Shown here piece by piece: positions 19,191-28,642 of a stretch of 64,000 nucleotides of DNA. The stretch is from Flavobacteriales bacterium (lineage in GTDB: Bacteria; Bacteroidota; Bacteroidia; Flavobacteriales_F; PHOS-HE28): NCBI GenBank assembly GCA_013360395.1, contig JABWBQ010000018.1, positions 11,428-75,427 on the forward strand, given 5' to 3'. Within the stretch, counting starts at the first letter, position 1; each line of letters begins with the position of its first letter. The position numbers and the translations under genes are program-made. The notes under the pieces were generated by a model. The model did not search any database. It was given only the letters and a program-made list of their open reading frames with translations, and had not been told where the DNA came from.

Positions 19191-19466
19191 TTACCTCCCC
19201 ACCACCATCTTCACCGTCACCTCCCTTTCCCCCTCCGCGACTTTCACCAGGTAACTTCCGGCGGCTTTCCCGCGCAGATCGAACGGTAGCTGGTGCGTGC
19301 CCACAGTGAAGCGGCCGTTGAAGAGGTGATCGATCTGATGGCCCAGGGTTTCGTGGAGCACGCCCGACAAACGGCCTGCTTCCGTAGTGCGCACGTTCAA
19401 CGTGGCCTGGTCGGCGGCATCGATGATCCGATGGGGTTGAAGCGTATGGTGATGCGTTGGTGACAT
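19191..19466 (-). CDS. 91-aa ORF consisting only of a T9SS C-terminal sorting domain; likely remnant of a secreted protein
   Basis: C-terminal GSYLVKVAEGEREVTVKMVVGR pattern typical of Por/T9SS CTDs. No upstream catalytic domain in frame. Confidence 0.3.
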   Translation of the reverse strand: MSPTHHHTLQPHRIIDAADQATLNVRTTEAGRLSGVLHETLGHQIDHLFNGRFTVGTHQLPFDLRGKAAGSYLVKVAEGEREVTVKMVVGR

Positions 19467-19516
19467 TCGTGCTCGAATACACGTTCGACACCTGATGCAA
19501 CCACATCCGGCCAGCC

Positions 19517-20044
19517 TCAGAGCCCGAAGTGGTAGCCCAGTGAGAAGGCGATCGGCAGGGGCTCGTAACGCAGGTCCACCGTCGGATCGGCCTTCACGCG
19601 ATCCAGGTCGTCGCGGAACTCCGCCGAACGGAAGGGCAGGAACAGGGCCAGCTGCAGGTGCCCGCTGCGACGCTTGGGATGGATCTCCAGGCCCACACCG
19701 GCCGTTGGCCCATAATAGGTCCGCGTGTTGTCCTCGTCGTCGGGGATCGCGATCACCGCGTTGTAGCCGTAGAGCCCCACGAGGTAGGGGCAGAAGCGTT
19801 TGTGGGGCAGCATGCGCCAGGCCGCCCCGGCGTTGATGCCGGCCCCGTTCAGGTTGTAGCCCACGCCCAGCAGCAGGTTCAGCATCGGCACCGGACGGCC
19901 GCTCAACTGCACGCCCAGGCCACCGTGATCGAGCCCAAGGCCCGGGCCGATGGTGATGGTGGCCGGTGCCATCCGGTCCGCAACGTCCTCCTGCGCATGC
20001 AGGGCCATGGACAGCAGGAGGGAGCAAAGCAACGGCCACCGCAT
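19517..20044 (-). CDS. Small outer-membrane beta-barrel protein (porin-like, 175 aa)
   Basis: Signal peptide MRWPLLCSLLLSMALHAQ. Glycine/aromatic-rich alternating strands. Confidence 0.55.
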   Translation of the reverse strand: MRWPLLCSLLLSMALHAQEDVADRMAPATITIGPGLGLDHGGLGVQLSGRPVPMLNLLLGVGYNLNGAGINAGAAWRMLPHKRFCPYLVGLYGYNAVIAIPDDEDNTRTYYGPTAGVGLEIHPKRRSGHLQLALFLPFRSAEFRDDLDRVKADPTVDLRYEPLPIAFSLGYHFGL

Positions 20045-20114
20045 GCGGTGAAGGTAGGGGGCCGCAAGGGCCGATCCCGGCCGATCCCGCAGCGATCCAT
20101 ACCGGTCCGGCGGC

Positions 20115-21461
20115 TCAACCCGGTCGCTTCAGTTCGAAATCCTCCAGGAACTTGGTGGTGAACTCCCCCTTGCGGAACTGTTCGTTCTGCATGAGCTGCT
20201 GGTGGAAGGGGATGGTGGTGTGCACGCCTTCGATCACGTACTCGCCCAAGGCGCGCTCCATCTTGGTGATCGCCTCCTCGCGGGTCTGTGCGCTCACGAT
20301 CAGCTTGCCGATCATGCTGTCGTAGTTCGGGGGGATGGTGTAGCCGGCGTACACGTGGGTGTCCACCCGCACGCCGTGGCCGCCGGGGCTGTGATAGCTG
20401 GTGATCTTGCCGGGTGTGGGCCGGAAGTTGTTGAAGGGGTCCTCCGCATTGATGCGGCACTGGATGCTGTGGCGCGTGGGCTCGTAGTTGAGGCCGCTGA
20501 TGGGGATGCCGGCGGCGATCTTGATCTGCTCGCGGATCAGGTCGTAGTCGATGACCTCCTCGGTGATGGTGTGCTCCACCTGGATCCGCGTGTTCATCTC
20601 CATGAAGTAGAAGTTGCGGTCCTTGTCCACCAGGAACTCCACGGTGCCAACGCCCTCGTACTTCACGCTGGCGGCGGCCTTGATGGCGGCCTCGCCCATC
20701 TTCTTGCGCAGGGCCTTGGTCATGAACGGCGAGGGGGTCTCCTCCACGAGCTTCTGGTGGCGGCGCTGGATGGAGCAGTCGCGCTCGCTCATGTGGCAGA
20801 AGGTGCCGTACTGGTCGCCGGCCACCTGGATCTCGATGTGGCGGGGCTCCAGCACGTACTTCTCCATGTACATGCCCGGGTTGCCGAAGGCGGCGCCGGC
20901 CTCCTGGCTCGCCTTCTCGAAGGCTTCCTGGAACTCCTCCTCCTTCCAAACCAGGCGCATGCCCTTGCCACCACCGCCGGCGGTGGCCTTCAGGATCACG
21001 GGGTAGCCGATGCGTTTGGCCTCCTTCTTGGCCAGGGCCACATCGGTGATGAGCCCTTCGGTGCCGGGCACCACCGGAACACCGGCCTTGATCATGGTGG
21101 CCTTGGCGGTGGCCTTGTCGCCCATGGCCTCGATCTGTTCGGGCAGGGCGCCGATGAACTTGATGCCGTGCTGCTGGCAGAGCTTGCTGAACTTGGCGTT
21201 CTCGCTCAGGAAGCCATAGCCCGGGTGGATGGCGTCCGCATTGGTGATCTCGGCGGCGGCGATGATCCGCTGCATGTTCAGGTAGCTGTCCTTGCCCGGC
21301 GGCGGCCCGATGCACACGGCCTCGTCGGCAAAGCGTACGTGCAGGCTCTCCTTGTCGGCGGTGCTGTACACGGCCACCGTTCGGATGCCCATCTCACGGC
21401 AGGTGCGGATCACGCGCAGGGCGATCTCGCCGCGGTTGGCTATGAGGATCTTCTTGAACAT
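20115..21461 (-). CDS. accC: Acetyl-CoA carboxylase biotin carboxylase subunit
   Basis: ATP-grasp biotin carboxylase motifs. Full-length 448 aa. Confidence 0.9.
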   Translation of the reverse strand: MFKKILIANRGEIALRVIRTCREMGIRTVAVYSTADKESLHVRFADEAVCIGPPPGKDSYLNMQRIIAAAEITNADAIHPGYGFLSENAKFSKLCQQHGIKFIGALPEQIEAMGDKATAKATMIKAGVPVVPGTEGLITDVALAKKEAKRIGYPVILKATAGGGGKGMRLVWKEEEFQEAFEKASQEAGAAFGNPGMYMEKYVLEPRHIEIQVAGDQYGTFCHMSERDCSIQRRHQKLVEETPSPFMTKALRKKMGEAAIKAAASVKYEGVGTVEFLVDKDRNFYFMEMNTRIQVEHTITEEVIDYDLIREQIKIAAGIPISGLNYEPTRHSIQCRINAEDPFNNFRPTPGKITSYHSPGGHGVRVDTHVYAGYTIPPNYDSMIGKLIVSAQTREEAITKMERALGEYVIEGVHTTIPFHQQLMQNEQFRKGEFTTKFLEDFELKRPG

Positions 21462-21583
21462 GAGCGTACGAGGATTACCGCAACGACGCTACGCTCAGCC
21501 GTGGATGCGTATCGTGTTGACGGGTGTTGGGACCATTGCATTGCCGTTGCGACCGTTGCGTCGTTGCGCGGTGCAATGGGGTA

Positions 21584-22093
21584 CTATGCCGGATCCACCA
21601 GGAACAACGGCTGGTCGTACTCCACCGGCTTGGCGTCGTCCACCAGCACCTTCACGATCTTGCCGCTCACGTCGCTCTCGATCTCGTTGAAGAGCTTCAT
21701 GGCCTCGATGATGCAGATGGGCTTGCCCTTCTCGATGCTGTCGCCCACGTTGACGAACACGGGCTTCCCGGGGCCCGGGGCCCGGTAGAAAGTGCCGATC
21801 ATGGGTGCCTTGATGGTCACATAACGGCTCTCTTCCTTGGCCGGGGCGGGCGGTGCCGGGGCAGGTGCAGCGGCCGGGGCGGGGGCCGGGGCGGGGGCGG
21901 CGACCATCGGGGCCGACGGCACGGGGTAGGCGGGCGGCGGTGCGGCGGCGATCACCTGCACCTCCTTTTTACCTGCGGGGGTCTTGATCGTGATCTTGAA
22001 GTCCTTCTGCTCGATCTCGACCTCGCTCACGCCGCTCTTGGCGACGAACTTGATCAGCTCCTGGATCTGCGAGAGGTTCATCGGTTCGCTCAT
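21584..22093 (-). CDS. accB: Biotin carboxyl carrier protein (AccB)
   Basis: C-terminal biotinyl domain with EAMKLFNEI motif. Pro/Ala-rich linker. Start re-set to the internal Met. Confidence 0.85.
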   Translation of the reverse strand: MSEPMNLSQIQELIKFVAKSGVSEVEIEQKDFKITIKTPAGKKEVQVIAAAPPPAYPVPSAPMVAAPAPAPAPAAAPAPAPPAPAKEESRYVTIKAPMIGTFYRAPGPGKPVFVNVGDSIEKGKPICIIEAMKLFNEIESDVSGKIVKVLVDDAKPVEYDQPLFLVDPA

Positions 22094-22158
22094 TGTTGGG
22101 GCGGCGCCGGCCGGTGATCGCACCGCCAAGGAACCGCCAATGTATCAAGTCCGGCGGT

Positions 22159-23154
22159 TCAGCTCCCGTAAGCCCACTTCAAGTAGACCGCCCCCCAGGT
22201 GAACCCACCTCCGAAAGCACTGAGGATCAGGTTGTCCCCTTTCTTCAGGCGGGGTTCCCACTCCCAAAGGCAAAGCGGCAGGGTGCCGGCCGTGGTATTG
22301 CCGTAGCGGCCAATGTTGACCATCACCTTGCTGTCGTCCAAGCCCATCCGGCGCGCCGTGGCGTCGATGATGCGCAGGTTGGCCTGGTGGGGCACCAGCC
22401 AGGTGACATCGGCGGCCGAAAGGCCATTGCGTTCCATGACCTGGGCGCTCACGTCGGCCATGTTGGTGACGGCGAACTTGAAGACGGACTTGCCCTCCTG
22501 ATAAACGTTGTGCTCGCGGGCCTCCACGGTGCGCAGGGTGGCGGGCTTCACCGAGCCGCCGGCCTTCTGATGCAGGTACTGGCATCCGGAGCCGTCGGCG
22601 TGCAGCAGGCTGTCGAGCACGCCCAGGCCCTCGGTGTTGGGCTCCAACAGCACCGCACCGCCGCCGTCGCCGAAGATGATGCAGGTGGCGCGGTCCTGGT
22701 AGTCGATGATGCTGCTCATCTTGTCGGCGCCCACCACCACCACCTTGCGGCACTTGCCCGTTTCGATGAACTGGGCCGCGGTGGTGAGGGCGTAGAGGAA
22801 GCCGCTGCAGGCGGCCATCAGGTCGAAGCCCCAGGCGTTGCGGGCACCCAGCCGGTCGCAGATGATGTTGGCCGTGGCGGGGAACTGGTGGTCGGGGGTC
22901 ACCGTGGCGCAGATCAGCAGGTCGATCTCCAGGGGGTCGATGCCGCGCTTGGCGCACAGGGCCTGCACGCTGCGCACACCCACCTCGGAGGTGCCCACGC
23001 CACGGTCCATGATGCGGCGTTCCTTGATGCCGGTGCGTTCGGTGATCCACGCATCGTTGGTGTCCACCATGCGCTCCAGGTCGTGGTTGCTCAGCACCTT
23101 GTCGGGCACCCAGCCATGGACGGCCGTGACGGCGGCGGTGATGCGGGGTTTCAT
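22159..23154 (-). CDS. fabH: 3-oxoacyl-ACP synthase III
   Basis: Cys-His-Asn active-site context (…ACSGF…, …HQANLRI…, …GNTTAGTL…). Confidence 0.9.
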   Translation of the reverse strand: MKPRITAAVTAVHGWVPDKVLSNHDLERMVDTNDAWITERTGIKERRIMDRGVGTSEVGVRSVQALCAKRGIDPLEIDLLICATVTPDHQFPATANIICDRLGARNAWGFDLMAACSGFLYALTTAAQFIETGKCRKVVVVGADKMSSIIDYQDRATCIIFGDGGGAVLLEPNTEGLGVLDSLLHADGSGCQYLHQKAGGSVKPATLRTVEAREHNVYQEGKSVFKFAVTNMADVSAQVMERNGLSAADVTWLVPHQANLRIIDATARRMGLDDSKVMVNIGRYGNTTAGTLPLCLWEWEPRLKKGDNLILSAFGGGFTWGAVYLKWAYGS

Positions 23155-24068
23155 ACCAGGGCCTCGCGGATGCGGTCGTTCAGCCGGCTCTCCACCACCT
23201 CCCGGGTGAAGAGCAGCATGTTCTTGATGGTGATCTCGTTGCTGATGCCGTGGCCGATGATGACGTTGCCGTTGACGCCCAGGACGGGCAGGCCGCCGTA
23301 GTTCTCGTAGTCGAAGCGGTCGAAGAAGGGCTCATGCACCCCGCGCAACTTCAGCAGGTCGTGGAAGGCCTCCACGGCCTTGAGCACGATGTTGCCCGTG
23401 AAGCCGTCGGTGACCAGCACGTCGGCCTTGTCGTTGAAAAGATCGCGGCCCTCCACATTGCCGATGAAGCGGTACTGGGTCTGCTCCTTCATGAGGGCAT
23501 GGGCGGCCAGCGCGGTGGTGTTGCCCTTCTTGTCCTCCTCGCCGATGTTGAGCAGGCCCACCTTGGGTTCGGGGATGTGGTACACATGCTTGGCCAGCAG
23601 ATGGCCCAGCAGGCCGAACTGGGTGAGCACATCGGGCTTGCAGTCGGCGTTGGCGCCCACGTCGAGCAGGATGCCGTAGCTCCCGTTCTCCTTGGGCACA
23701 ACGCTGGGGATGCAGGGGCGGATGACCCCGGGGATGGGCTTGACGCTGAGCACCGCGCCCACGAGCATGGCGCCGGTGTTGCCTGTGCTGGCGAAGGCAT
23801 CGAGGCGTCCGTCGCGAAGCATGCCGAAGCCCTGGCTGATGCTGCTCTCGGGCTTGGTCTGCAGCGCCTTGGTGGCGCTGTCCTGCATGGTGATGTCGTT
23901 GCGGCTGGGCACCACCTCGAAGGCCGCCGGATCCGCTCCTTCGCGCGCCAGCCCGGCGGCGATGGCGTCCCGGTCGCCCAGAAGCACCAGGCGCACGTCG
24001 GGGGGCAGTTCGCGGGCGGCCAGTACGGCGCCTTTCACGGGCACTTCCGGCCCGTGGTCGCTGCCCAT
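23151..24068 (-). CDS. plsX: Phosphate acyltransferase PlsX
   Basis: PlsX family motifs. Starts at the conserved MGSDHGP (shorter N-terminus than E. coli). 6 nt downstream of the rpmF stop. Confidence 0.85.
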   Translation of the reverse strand: MGSDHGPEVPVKGAVLAARELPPDVRLVLLGDRDAIAAGLAREGADPAAFEVVPSRNDITMQDSATKALQTKPESSISQGFGMLRDGRLDAFASTGNTGAMLVGAVLSVKPIPGVIRPCIPSVVPKENGSYGILLDVGANADCKPDVLTQFGLLGHLLAKHVYHIPEPKVGLLNIGEEDKKGNTTALAAHALMKEQTQYRFIGNVEGRDLFNDKADVLVTDGFTGNIVLKAVEAFHDLLKLRGVHEPFFDRFDYENYGGLPVLGVNGNVIIGHGISNEITIKNMLLFTREVVESRLNDRIREALV

Positions 24069-24074
24069 GATCGG

Positions 24075-24266
24075 TCACGCTTCGGTCGAGCCGCTCACCA
24101 CCACCTTGCCGCGGTAGTACAGGTCCTCGCCCACCTTGTAGGCGCGGTGGCGCAGGTGCATCTCCCCGGTGTTGGGGTCCTTGGACACCGTGGGGGTGCC
24201 GGCGCGCTGGTGGGTGCGCCGCTTCATGGTGCGCGTCTTGGAATGGCGTCGCTTCGGGTTGGGCAT
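24075..24266 (-). CDS. rpmF: 50S ribosomal protein L32
   Basis: MPNPKRRHSKTRTMKRR… typical L32 N-terminus. Confidence 0.85.
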   Translation of the reverse strand: MPNPKRRHSKTRTMKRRTHQRAGTPTVSKDPNTGEMHLRHRAYKVGEDLYYRGKVVVSGSTEA

Positions 24267-24280
24267 GGCTCAGACGGGAT

Positions 24281-24823
24281 CTAACGTTTGTCTTTCAAGG
24301 CGTTCAAGGCGGACCAACGGGGGTCGTTGCCGGCCGGGGTGCCTCGTTGATGGTCGAGGATGGCGTCCACGGCGGGATCGCACCCGCCGGGAGGGTGCAC
24401 ACGGCGCGCAGGCAGGGCCAGACGCAGGCACTCGTACATGGGGTGGGTCAGCTGGATGGCGTGGTCGTCCGGGTCCAGGCCGATCACGTCGTCGTCCCCG
24501 TCGAACCGTTGGCGCCCGTTGAGGTGATACACCTGGCGCAGTCGGCCGTCCACCGGGTGGTCCAGCGGCGCGTTGCAATGGTCGCAGTCCAGGCGTACGG
24601 AGCCCACCAGGTGCAGGTCGGCCACCAGCAGGTTGGGGTTCTTGTCGAGTTTCACCGCCACGGCACAGGAACCGCCGTGCAACTCCTCGTCGGCCGCGGC
24701 CGCGAAGAACGCATCGTCCAGGGTGAAGTGCAGGTCGTGCAGACCATCCTTGAGCCCGGCGAACTCCACGGTATGCTCCTTCAGCGCGTCCACGGGGTGG
24801 TTGGTCCGGAAAACGAACGGCAA
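24281..24823 (-). CDS. YceD/DUF177 family protein, the usual rpmF-upstream gene
   Basis: Cys-x2-Cys … Cys pattern and conserved position upstream of rpmF. Confidence 0.7.
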   Translation of the reverse strand: MPFVFRTNHPVDALKEHTVEFAGLKDGLHDLHFTLDDAFFAAAADEELHGGSCAVAVKLDKNPNLLVADLHLVGSVRLDCDHCNAPLDHPVDGRLRQVYHLNGRQRFDGDDDVIGLDPDDHAIQLTHPMYECLRLALPARRVHPPGGCDPAVDAILDHQRGTPAGNDPRWSALNALKDKR

Positions 24824-24873
24824 ATGTAGGGGATCGGCGCGGATCCCACAGGGTGTTGAAAAACCCTTGTGGC

Positions 24874-26286
24874 TCAGCGGGTGGGCAGGTGGGCCGCGGC
24901 CCGCAGCAGCACCTCCTCCCCGAAGGGCGCGGCCAGGAGCTGCGCACCGAAGGGCATGCCGTCGGCGTCGGTGCCCAGGGGTACGCTGATGGCCGGGGTG
25001 CCCGCCAGGTTGGCCTGCACGGTGAAGATGTCCTGCAGGTACATGGCGATGGGGTCGGCGGCGAGGGCGCCCCGCTCGAACGCGGTGATGGGGCAGGTGG
25101 GCAGCAGGATCAGGTCGTGGCGGGCCAGGGTGCGCAGGGTGGCCTCGCGGATCAGGCGGCGCACTTTCTGGGCCTGGGCGTAGTAGGCATCGTAGTAGCC
25201 GGCGCTGAGCACGAAAGTGCCCAGCAGGATGCGACGCTGCACCTCGGGGCCGAAGCCCTCGCTGCGGCTTAGGCGGTAGGTGTCCTCCACGCCGGAGGCC
25301 GCCTTGCTGCGGTGGCCGTAGTGGATGCCGTCGAAGCGGGCCAGGTTGCTGCTGGCCTCGGCCGTGGCGATGATGTAGTAGGTGGGCACCTGCTGGTCGG
25401 GCAGGGGCAGCTCGGCGGGTTCCACGGTGTGGCCTGCGCGCTGGAGGCGCTCCACCAGGGCGGTCATCGCCTCACGGACGGCAGGGGCCACCCCGGGGCG
25501 CTCCACGCAGTCGCGGTAGTAGGCGATGCGCAGGGGGCCGGTATGCTCCAGGGTCACGGGCGGTGCGGGCCTGCTGCTGGTGGTGCTGTCCAGGGGGTCC
25601 ACCCCCGCCATGGCGTTGTACACGTCGGTGACGTCCTCCACGGTGTGGCCGAAGGGACCGATCTGGTCGAAGCTGCTGGCGAAGGCGATCAGGCCGTAGC
25701 GGCTCACGCGGCCATAGGTGGGCTTGAGGCCCACGGTGCCGGTGAAGGAGGCCGGCTGGCGGATGCTTCCGCCCGTGTCGCTGCCCAAGGCGGCATGCAC
25801 GATGCCCGCCGCCACGCTGGCCGCCGCACCTCCGCTGGAGCCGCCGGGCACCCGCTTGGGGTCCAGCGGGTTGGCCACCGGGCCGTAGGCGCTGGTCTCG
25901 TTGCTGCTGCCCATGGCGAACTCGTCGCAGTTGGTGCGGCCCACGATCACCGCGCCGGCGGCCAGCAGGCGTTCCACCGCCGTGGCGCTGTACAGGCTGG
26001 TGAAGCCCTCCAGGATGCGGCTCGAGGCGCCTGTACGGTGGTCCTTGTAGCAGATGTTGTCCTTGATGCTGAGCAGCAGCCCGGCCAGCGGTCCGGCCGT
26101 GCCGGTGCGCAGGGAGGCGTCCACGCGATCGGCCTGTTCCAGCGCCGAAGCATCGAAGAGCTCCAGGAAGGCGTTGAGGTCCTGCTGCCGGCGCGCCTCG
26201 GCCAGGGCGGCCTCGGTGAGGGCACGCACGGTGGTGCCGGAAGCCACGGCCTCGCGGGCCTCGCGCAGGGTGCGTACGGGGCGCAT
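24874..26286 (-). CDS. gatA: Glutamyl-tRNA(Gln)/aspartyl-tRNA(Asn) amidotransferase subunit A
   Basis: Amidase signature (GGSSGGSAAAVA-like GGSSGGAAASVAAG). Start reset to MRPVRTLREAREA… at 26286. Confidence 0.85.
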   Translation of the reverse strand: MRPVRTLREAREAVASGTTVRALTEAALAEARRQQDLNAFLELFDASALEQADRVDASLRTGTAGPLAGLLLSIKDNICYKDHRTGASSRILEGFTSLYSATAVERLLAAGAVIVGRTNCDEFAMGSSNETSAYGPVANPLDPKRVPGGSSGGAAASVAAGIVHAALGSDTGGSIRQPASFTGTVGLKPTYGRVSRYGLIAFASSFDQIGPFGHTVEDVTDVYNAMAGVDPLDSTTSSRPAPPVTLEHTGPLRIAYYRDCVERPGVAPAVREAMTALVERLQRAGHTVEPAELPLPDQQVPTYYIIATAEASSNLARFDGIHYGHRSKAASGVEDTYRLSRSEGFGPEVQRRILLGTFVLSAGYYDAYYAQAQKVRRLIREATLRTLARHDLILLPTCPITAFERGALAADPIAMYLQDIFTVQANLAGTPAISVPLGTDADGMPFGAQLLAAPFGEEVLLRAAAHLPTR

Positions 26287-26303
26287 CAGGGGCGGTGGTG
26301 CGC

Positions 26304-26462
26304 TCAGCGCTTGTCGTCGGTGGGCGCCTCGCCCTTCTGGGCGTCCTTGAACTCCTTCATGCCCTTGCCCAGGCCGCGCATGAGCTCGGGGATCTTCTTG
26401 CCGCCGAAGAGCAGCAGCAGGGCCAGTACGATGAGGATGATCTCCCACATGCCGAGTTTCAT
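26304..26462 (-). CDS. tatA: Twin-arginine translocase subunit TatA/E (52 aa); absent from the ORF track because <60 aa
   Basis: Hand translation gives MKLGMWEIILIVLALLLLFGGKKIPELMRGLGKGMKEFKDAQKGEAPTDDKR. The TM helix plus FGxKKLPEL amphipathic-helix signature is diagnostic. Confidence 0.7.
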   Translation of the reverse strand: MKLGMWEIILIVLALLLLFGGKKIPELMRGLGKGMKEFKDAQKGEAPTDDKR

Positions 26463-26532
26463 GGTCGTTGGGCGGGCGCCCGGTGGTGCGGGGCGCTGGC
26501 CAGGGCAAAAGTAGCCCGATCGGGCGTTGTGC

Positions 26533-27831
26533 TCAGGGCTGGGCCAACCAGGGCGCGGGGTCCACCTTCACCAGGCCGTCGGCGGTCACCTTCCAGAGCT
26601 CCACGTGTGCCAGGGCCGCCCCGTCCTCGCTGAGCACGGTGCCCAGGGCCTGCTTGGTGTCCACCTTCTGCCCTTTGGCCACCGTCACGTCCCGCAGGTT
26701 GCTGTACACGGTGCGGTAGGCACCGTGGGAGAGGATCACGGCCTTGCCCGCACCGGGGATCACGATCACGCTGCTCACCTCACCCCGGAAGATCGCGCGG
26801 ACCGTGGCCCCCTTCTCGGTGGTGATGTCGATGCCATTGTTCTCGATCACGATGCCCTTGAGCACCGGGTGCGGTTGTTTGCCGAAGCGGCTGGTGATGA
26901 CACCCTTGACCACCGGCCAGGGCAGGCGGCCTTTGTTCTTCTCGAGATCGGCGTTGAGCTCCCGGGCCTCGGGGGTGAGGGTGAGGTCGAGCTTGCCCCC
27001 TTTGGCGGCCCCGCCGCCGCTCTTGGGCTTGAGCTCGGCCTCGATGGCCTTGCGGATGGCGGCATCGAGCTCGCGGCGCTGGCCTTCCTGTTTGCGCAGG
27101 GTGCCCTTCAGGCGGGCTTCCTCCTTGCGCAAGCGGGCCAGGGCGGCCTCGCGGGTGCTCTTGTCGCGGTCCAGTTCGGCCCTTTCCTGTTGCTGGCCGC
27201 TCAGCAGGGTCGTTTTCTCATCGCGGCGTTCGCGCAGCTGTTCGATGCGTGCGGCCAGGTCGGCGCGGGTGGCGGTGATCTGGTCCACCTGGTGGCGGCG
27301 GTGCTCGGCCAGCTGGTCCAGGTAGCGACTTCGCTTCCAGGCTTGCTGGAAGCTTTCGGCGGCGAACAGGTAACTGAGGCGGTCGTACGCGCTGCGGTTG
27401 CGGTAGGCATAGTGCAGCATGCGGCCGTATTCGGCGCGCAACACCTCCAGGTCGTCCTCCAACGCCTTCACCACCGCTTCGTCCTCGGCGATCCGGCGTT
27501 CGGTCAACCGCAGTTCTCCGTCCAGGGCGTTGATCAGTTCCTGGCGGGCCTCGAGCTGCCGGTCCAGGAGCTGCAGTTGGCGCTCGGTGCCCTGCTGTTC
27601 CTGGCGGGCCTGTTCCAGCAGGGTGTTGGTGGTGCGGATCTGCTTGTCGAGCGCGTCGCGTTTACGCTCCAGTTTCTTGCGGTCCTGCGCCGATCCGGGA
27701 AGCAGCAGGAGCAGAAGGGCGGCGGCCAGCAGGCGCCTACTCCATGGGGACGAACCGCTCGGGCACGCGGAAGGGGAGCTGGAGCGGACCGAGGGTGTCG
27801 ATGCGGGAGAGCTGCAGGGTGCCTGAGGCAT
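26533..27831 (-). CDS. M23-family peptidase with long N-terminal coiled coil (EnvC-like murein hydrolase activator)
   Basis: C-terminal LytM/M23 domain (…GIDI…, …HVELW…). Start uncertain: the track ORF extends to 27915, overlapping the 3' end of the DUF4292 gene. No ATG/GTG/TTG lies next to the hydrophobic RRLLAAALLLLLLP segment. Confidence 0.7.
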   Translation of the reverse strand: MPQAPCSSPASTPSVRSSSPSACPSGSSPWSRRLLAAALLLLLLPGSAQDRKKLERKRDALDKQIRTTNTLLEQARQEQQGTERQLQLLDRQLEARQELINALDGELRLTERRIAEDEAVVKALEDDLEVLRAEYGRMLHYAYRNRSAYDRLSYLFAAESFQQAWKRSRYLDQLAEHRRHQVDQITATRADLAARIEQLRERRDEKTTLLSGQQQERAELDRDKSTREAALARLRKEEARLKGTLRKQEGQRRELDAAIRKAIEAELKPKSGGGAAKGGKLDLTLTPEARELNADLEKNKGRLPWPVVKGVITSRFGKQPHPVLKGIVIENNGIDITTEKGATVRAIFRGEVSSVIVIPGAGKAVILSHGAYRTVYSNLRDVTVAKGQKVDTKQALGTVLSEDGAALAHVELWKVTADGLVKVDPAPWLAQP

Positions 27832-28642
27832 GGCGGGCCGGATCGGACAAAGAAAGGGAGATGCGGTGGGGGAAAGGCGGGGCTTCCCCGGTGCCGATGT
27901 CCGCATAACGCACATCGGCCTGTTGATCGTGCGCCAGGTCGCTCACCAGCACGCGCACCACGCGGAACCCATCGGGCTCCACCCAGTAGCGCAGCACGAC
28001 GGCCTCGCGTTCCCCCGCCTTGCGCAGGGTGCGCTCCAGGCGGCGTTCGTTCATGGGGCGCTCGTTGGCCAGGGTATCGTCCGGCAGGATGTCCTCGGCG
28101 GCGCGTACGAAACGCCTGCGCTCCCGGCTGGTGAGCACGTAGTGCCCATCCTCCCGGTCCACGCGGTACCTGGCCTGGGGATCGAGCCCGATGGGTCGGC
28201 CCAGAAGCGCCTGCTGCAGCAGGTCGAGGTCGGGGTCGATGCCGAAGCGGGCCCAGGCACTGTCGCGGTCTCCCAGGAAATAGCTGTCCTTCAGCCGGTC
28301 GAGCAGTTTCACACTGTCGGTGGTCACCAGGGCCCGTGCGACCTCGATACCCAGGGCCGGTGTGATGCTCACCCACACGGCGCTGTCGGCCACGGACCGC
28401 ACCGTACTGCGGAAGGAGCGGGCGGCATCGGCCATGGTCAGTTCCACATCGGCCTTGGCGCTGAAATAGCGGGGTTGCGGAGGCAGGACGCGGAACACAT
28501 GCTCCACCACGCGCTCGGCCGAGCGCAGGGGCAGTTCGCGGTCGGCCTGGAACACCTTCTTCACGGGCCGGCAGCCCAGGGCCAGCAGCAGCAGGAGGGC
28601 AAGAGCGGTATGGGCCGGGCGGACCATGGGCCGCAACATCAT
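27737..28642 (-). CDS. DUF4292-like lipoprotein
   Basis: Lipobox (LLLLLALGC). Conserved Bacteroidota gene order TPR-DUF4292-M23. 4-nt overlap with the TPR gene stop. Confidence 0.55.
   Translation of the reverse strand: MMLRPMVRPAHTALALLLLLALGCRPVKKVFQADRELPLRSAERVVEHVFRVLPPQPRYFSAKADVELTMADAARSFRSTVRSVADSAVWVSITPALGIEVARALVTTDSVKLLDRLKDSYFLGDRDSAWARFGIDPDLDLLQQALLGRPIGLDPQARYRVDREDGHYVLTSRERRRFVRAAEDILPDDTLANERPMNERRLERTLRKAGEREAVVLRYWVEPDGFRVVRVLVSDLAHDQQADVRYADIGTGEAPPFPHRISLSLSDPARHASGTLQLSRIDTLGPLQLPFRVPERFVPME

Noticed and set aside
19051-19506. 151-aa and 282-aa minus-strand ORFs spanning 19.05-20.04 kb
   Set aside because: Low-complexity shadow frames. Only the C-terminal 91 aa (T9SS CTD) and the separate 19517-20044 beta-barrel ORF look genuine.
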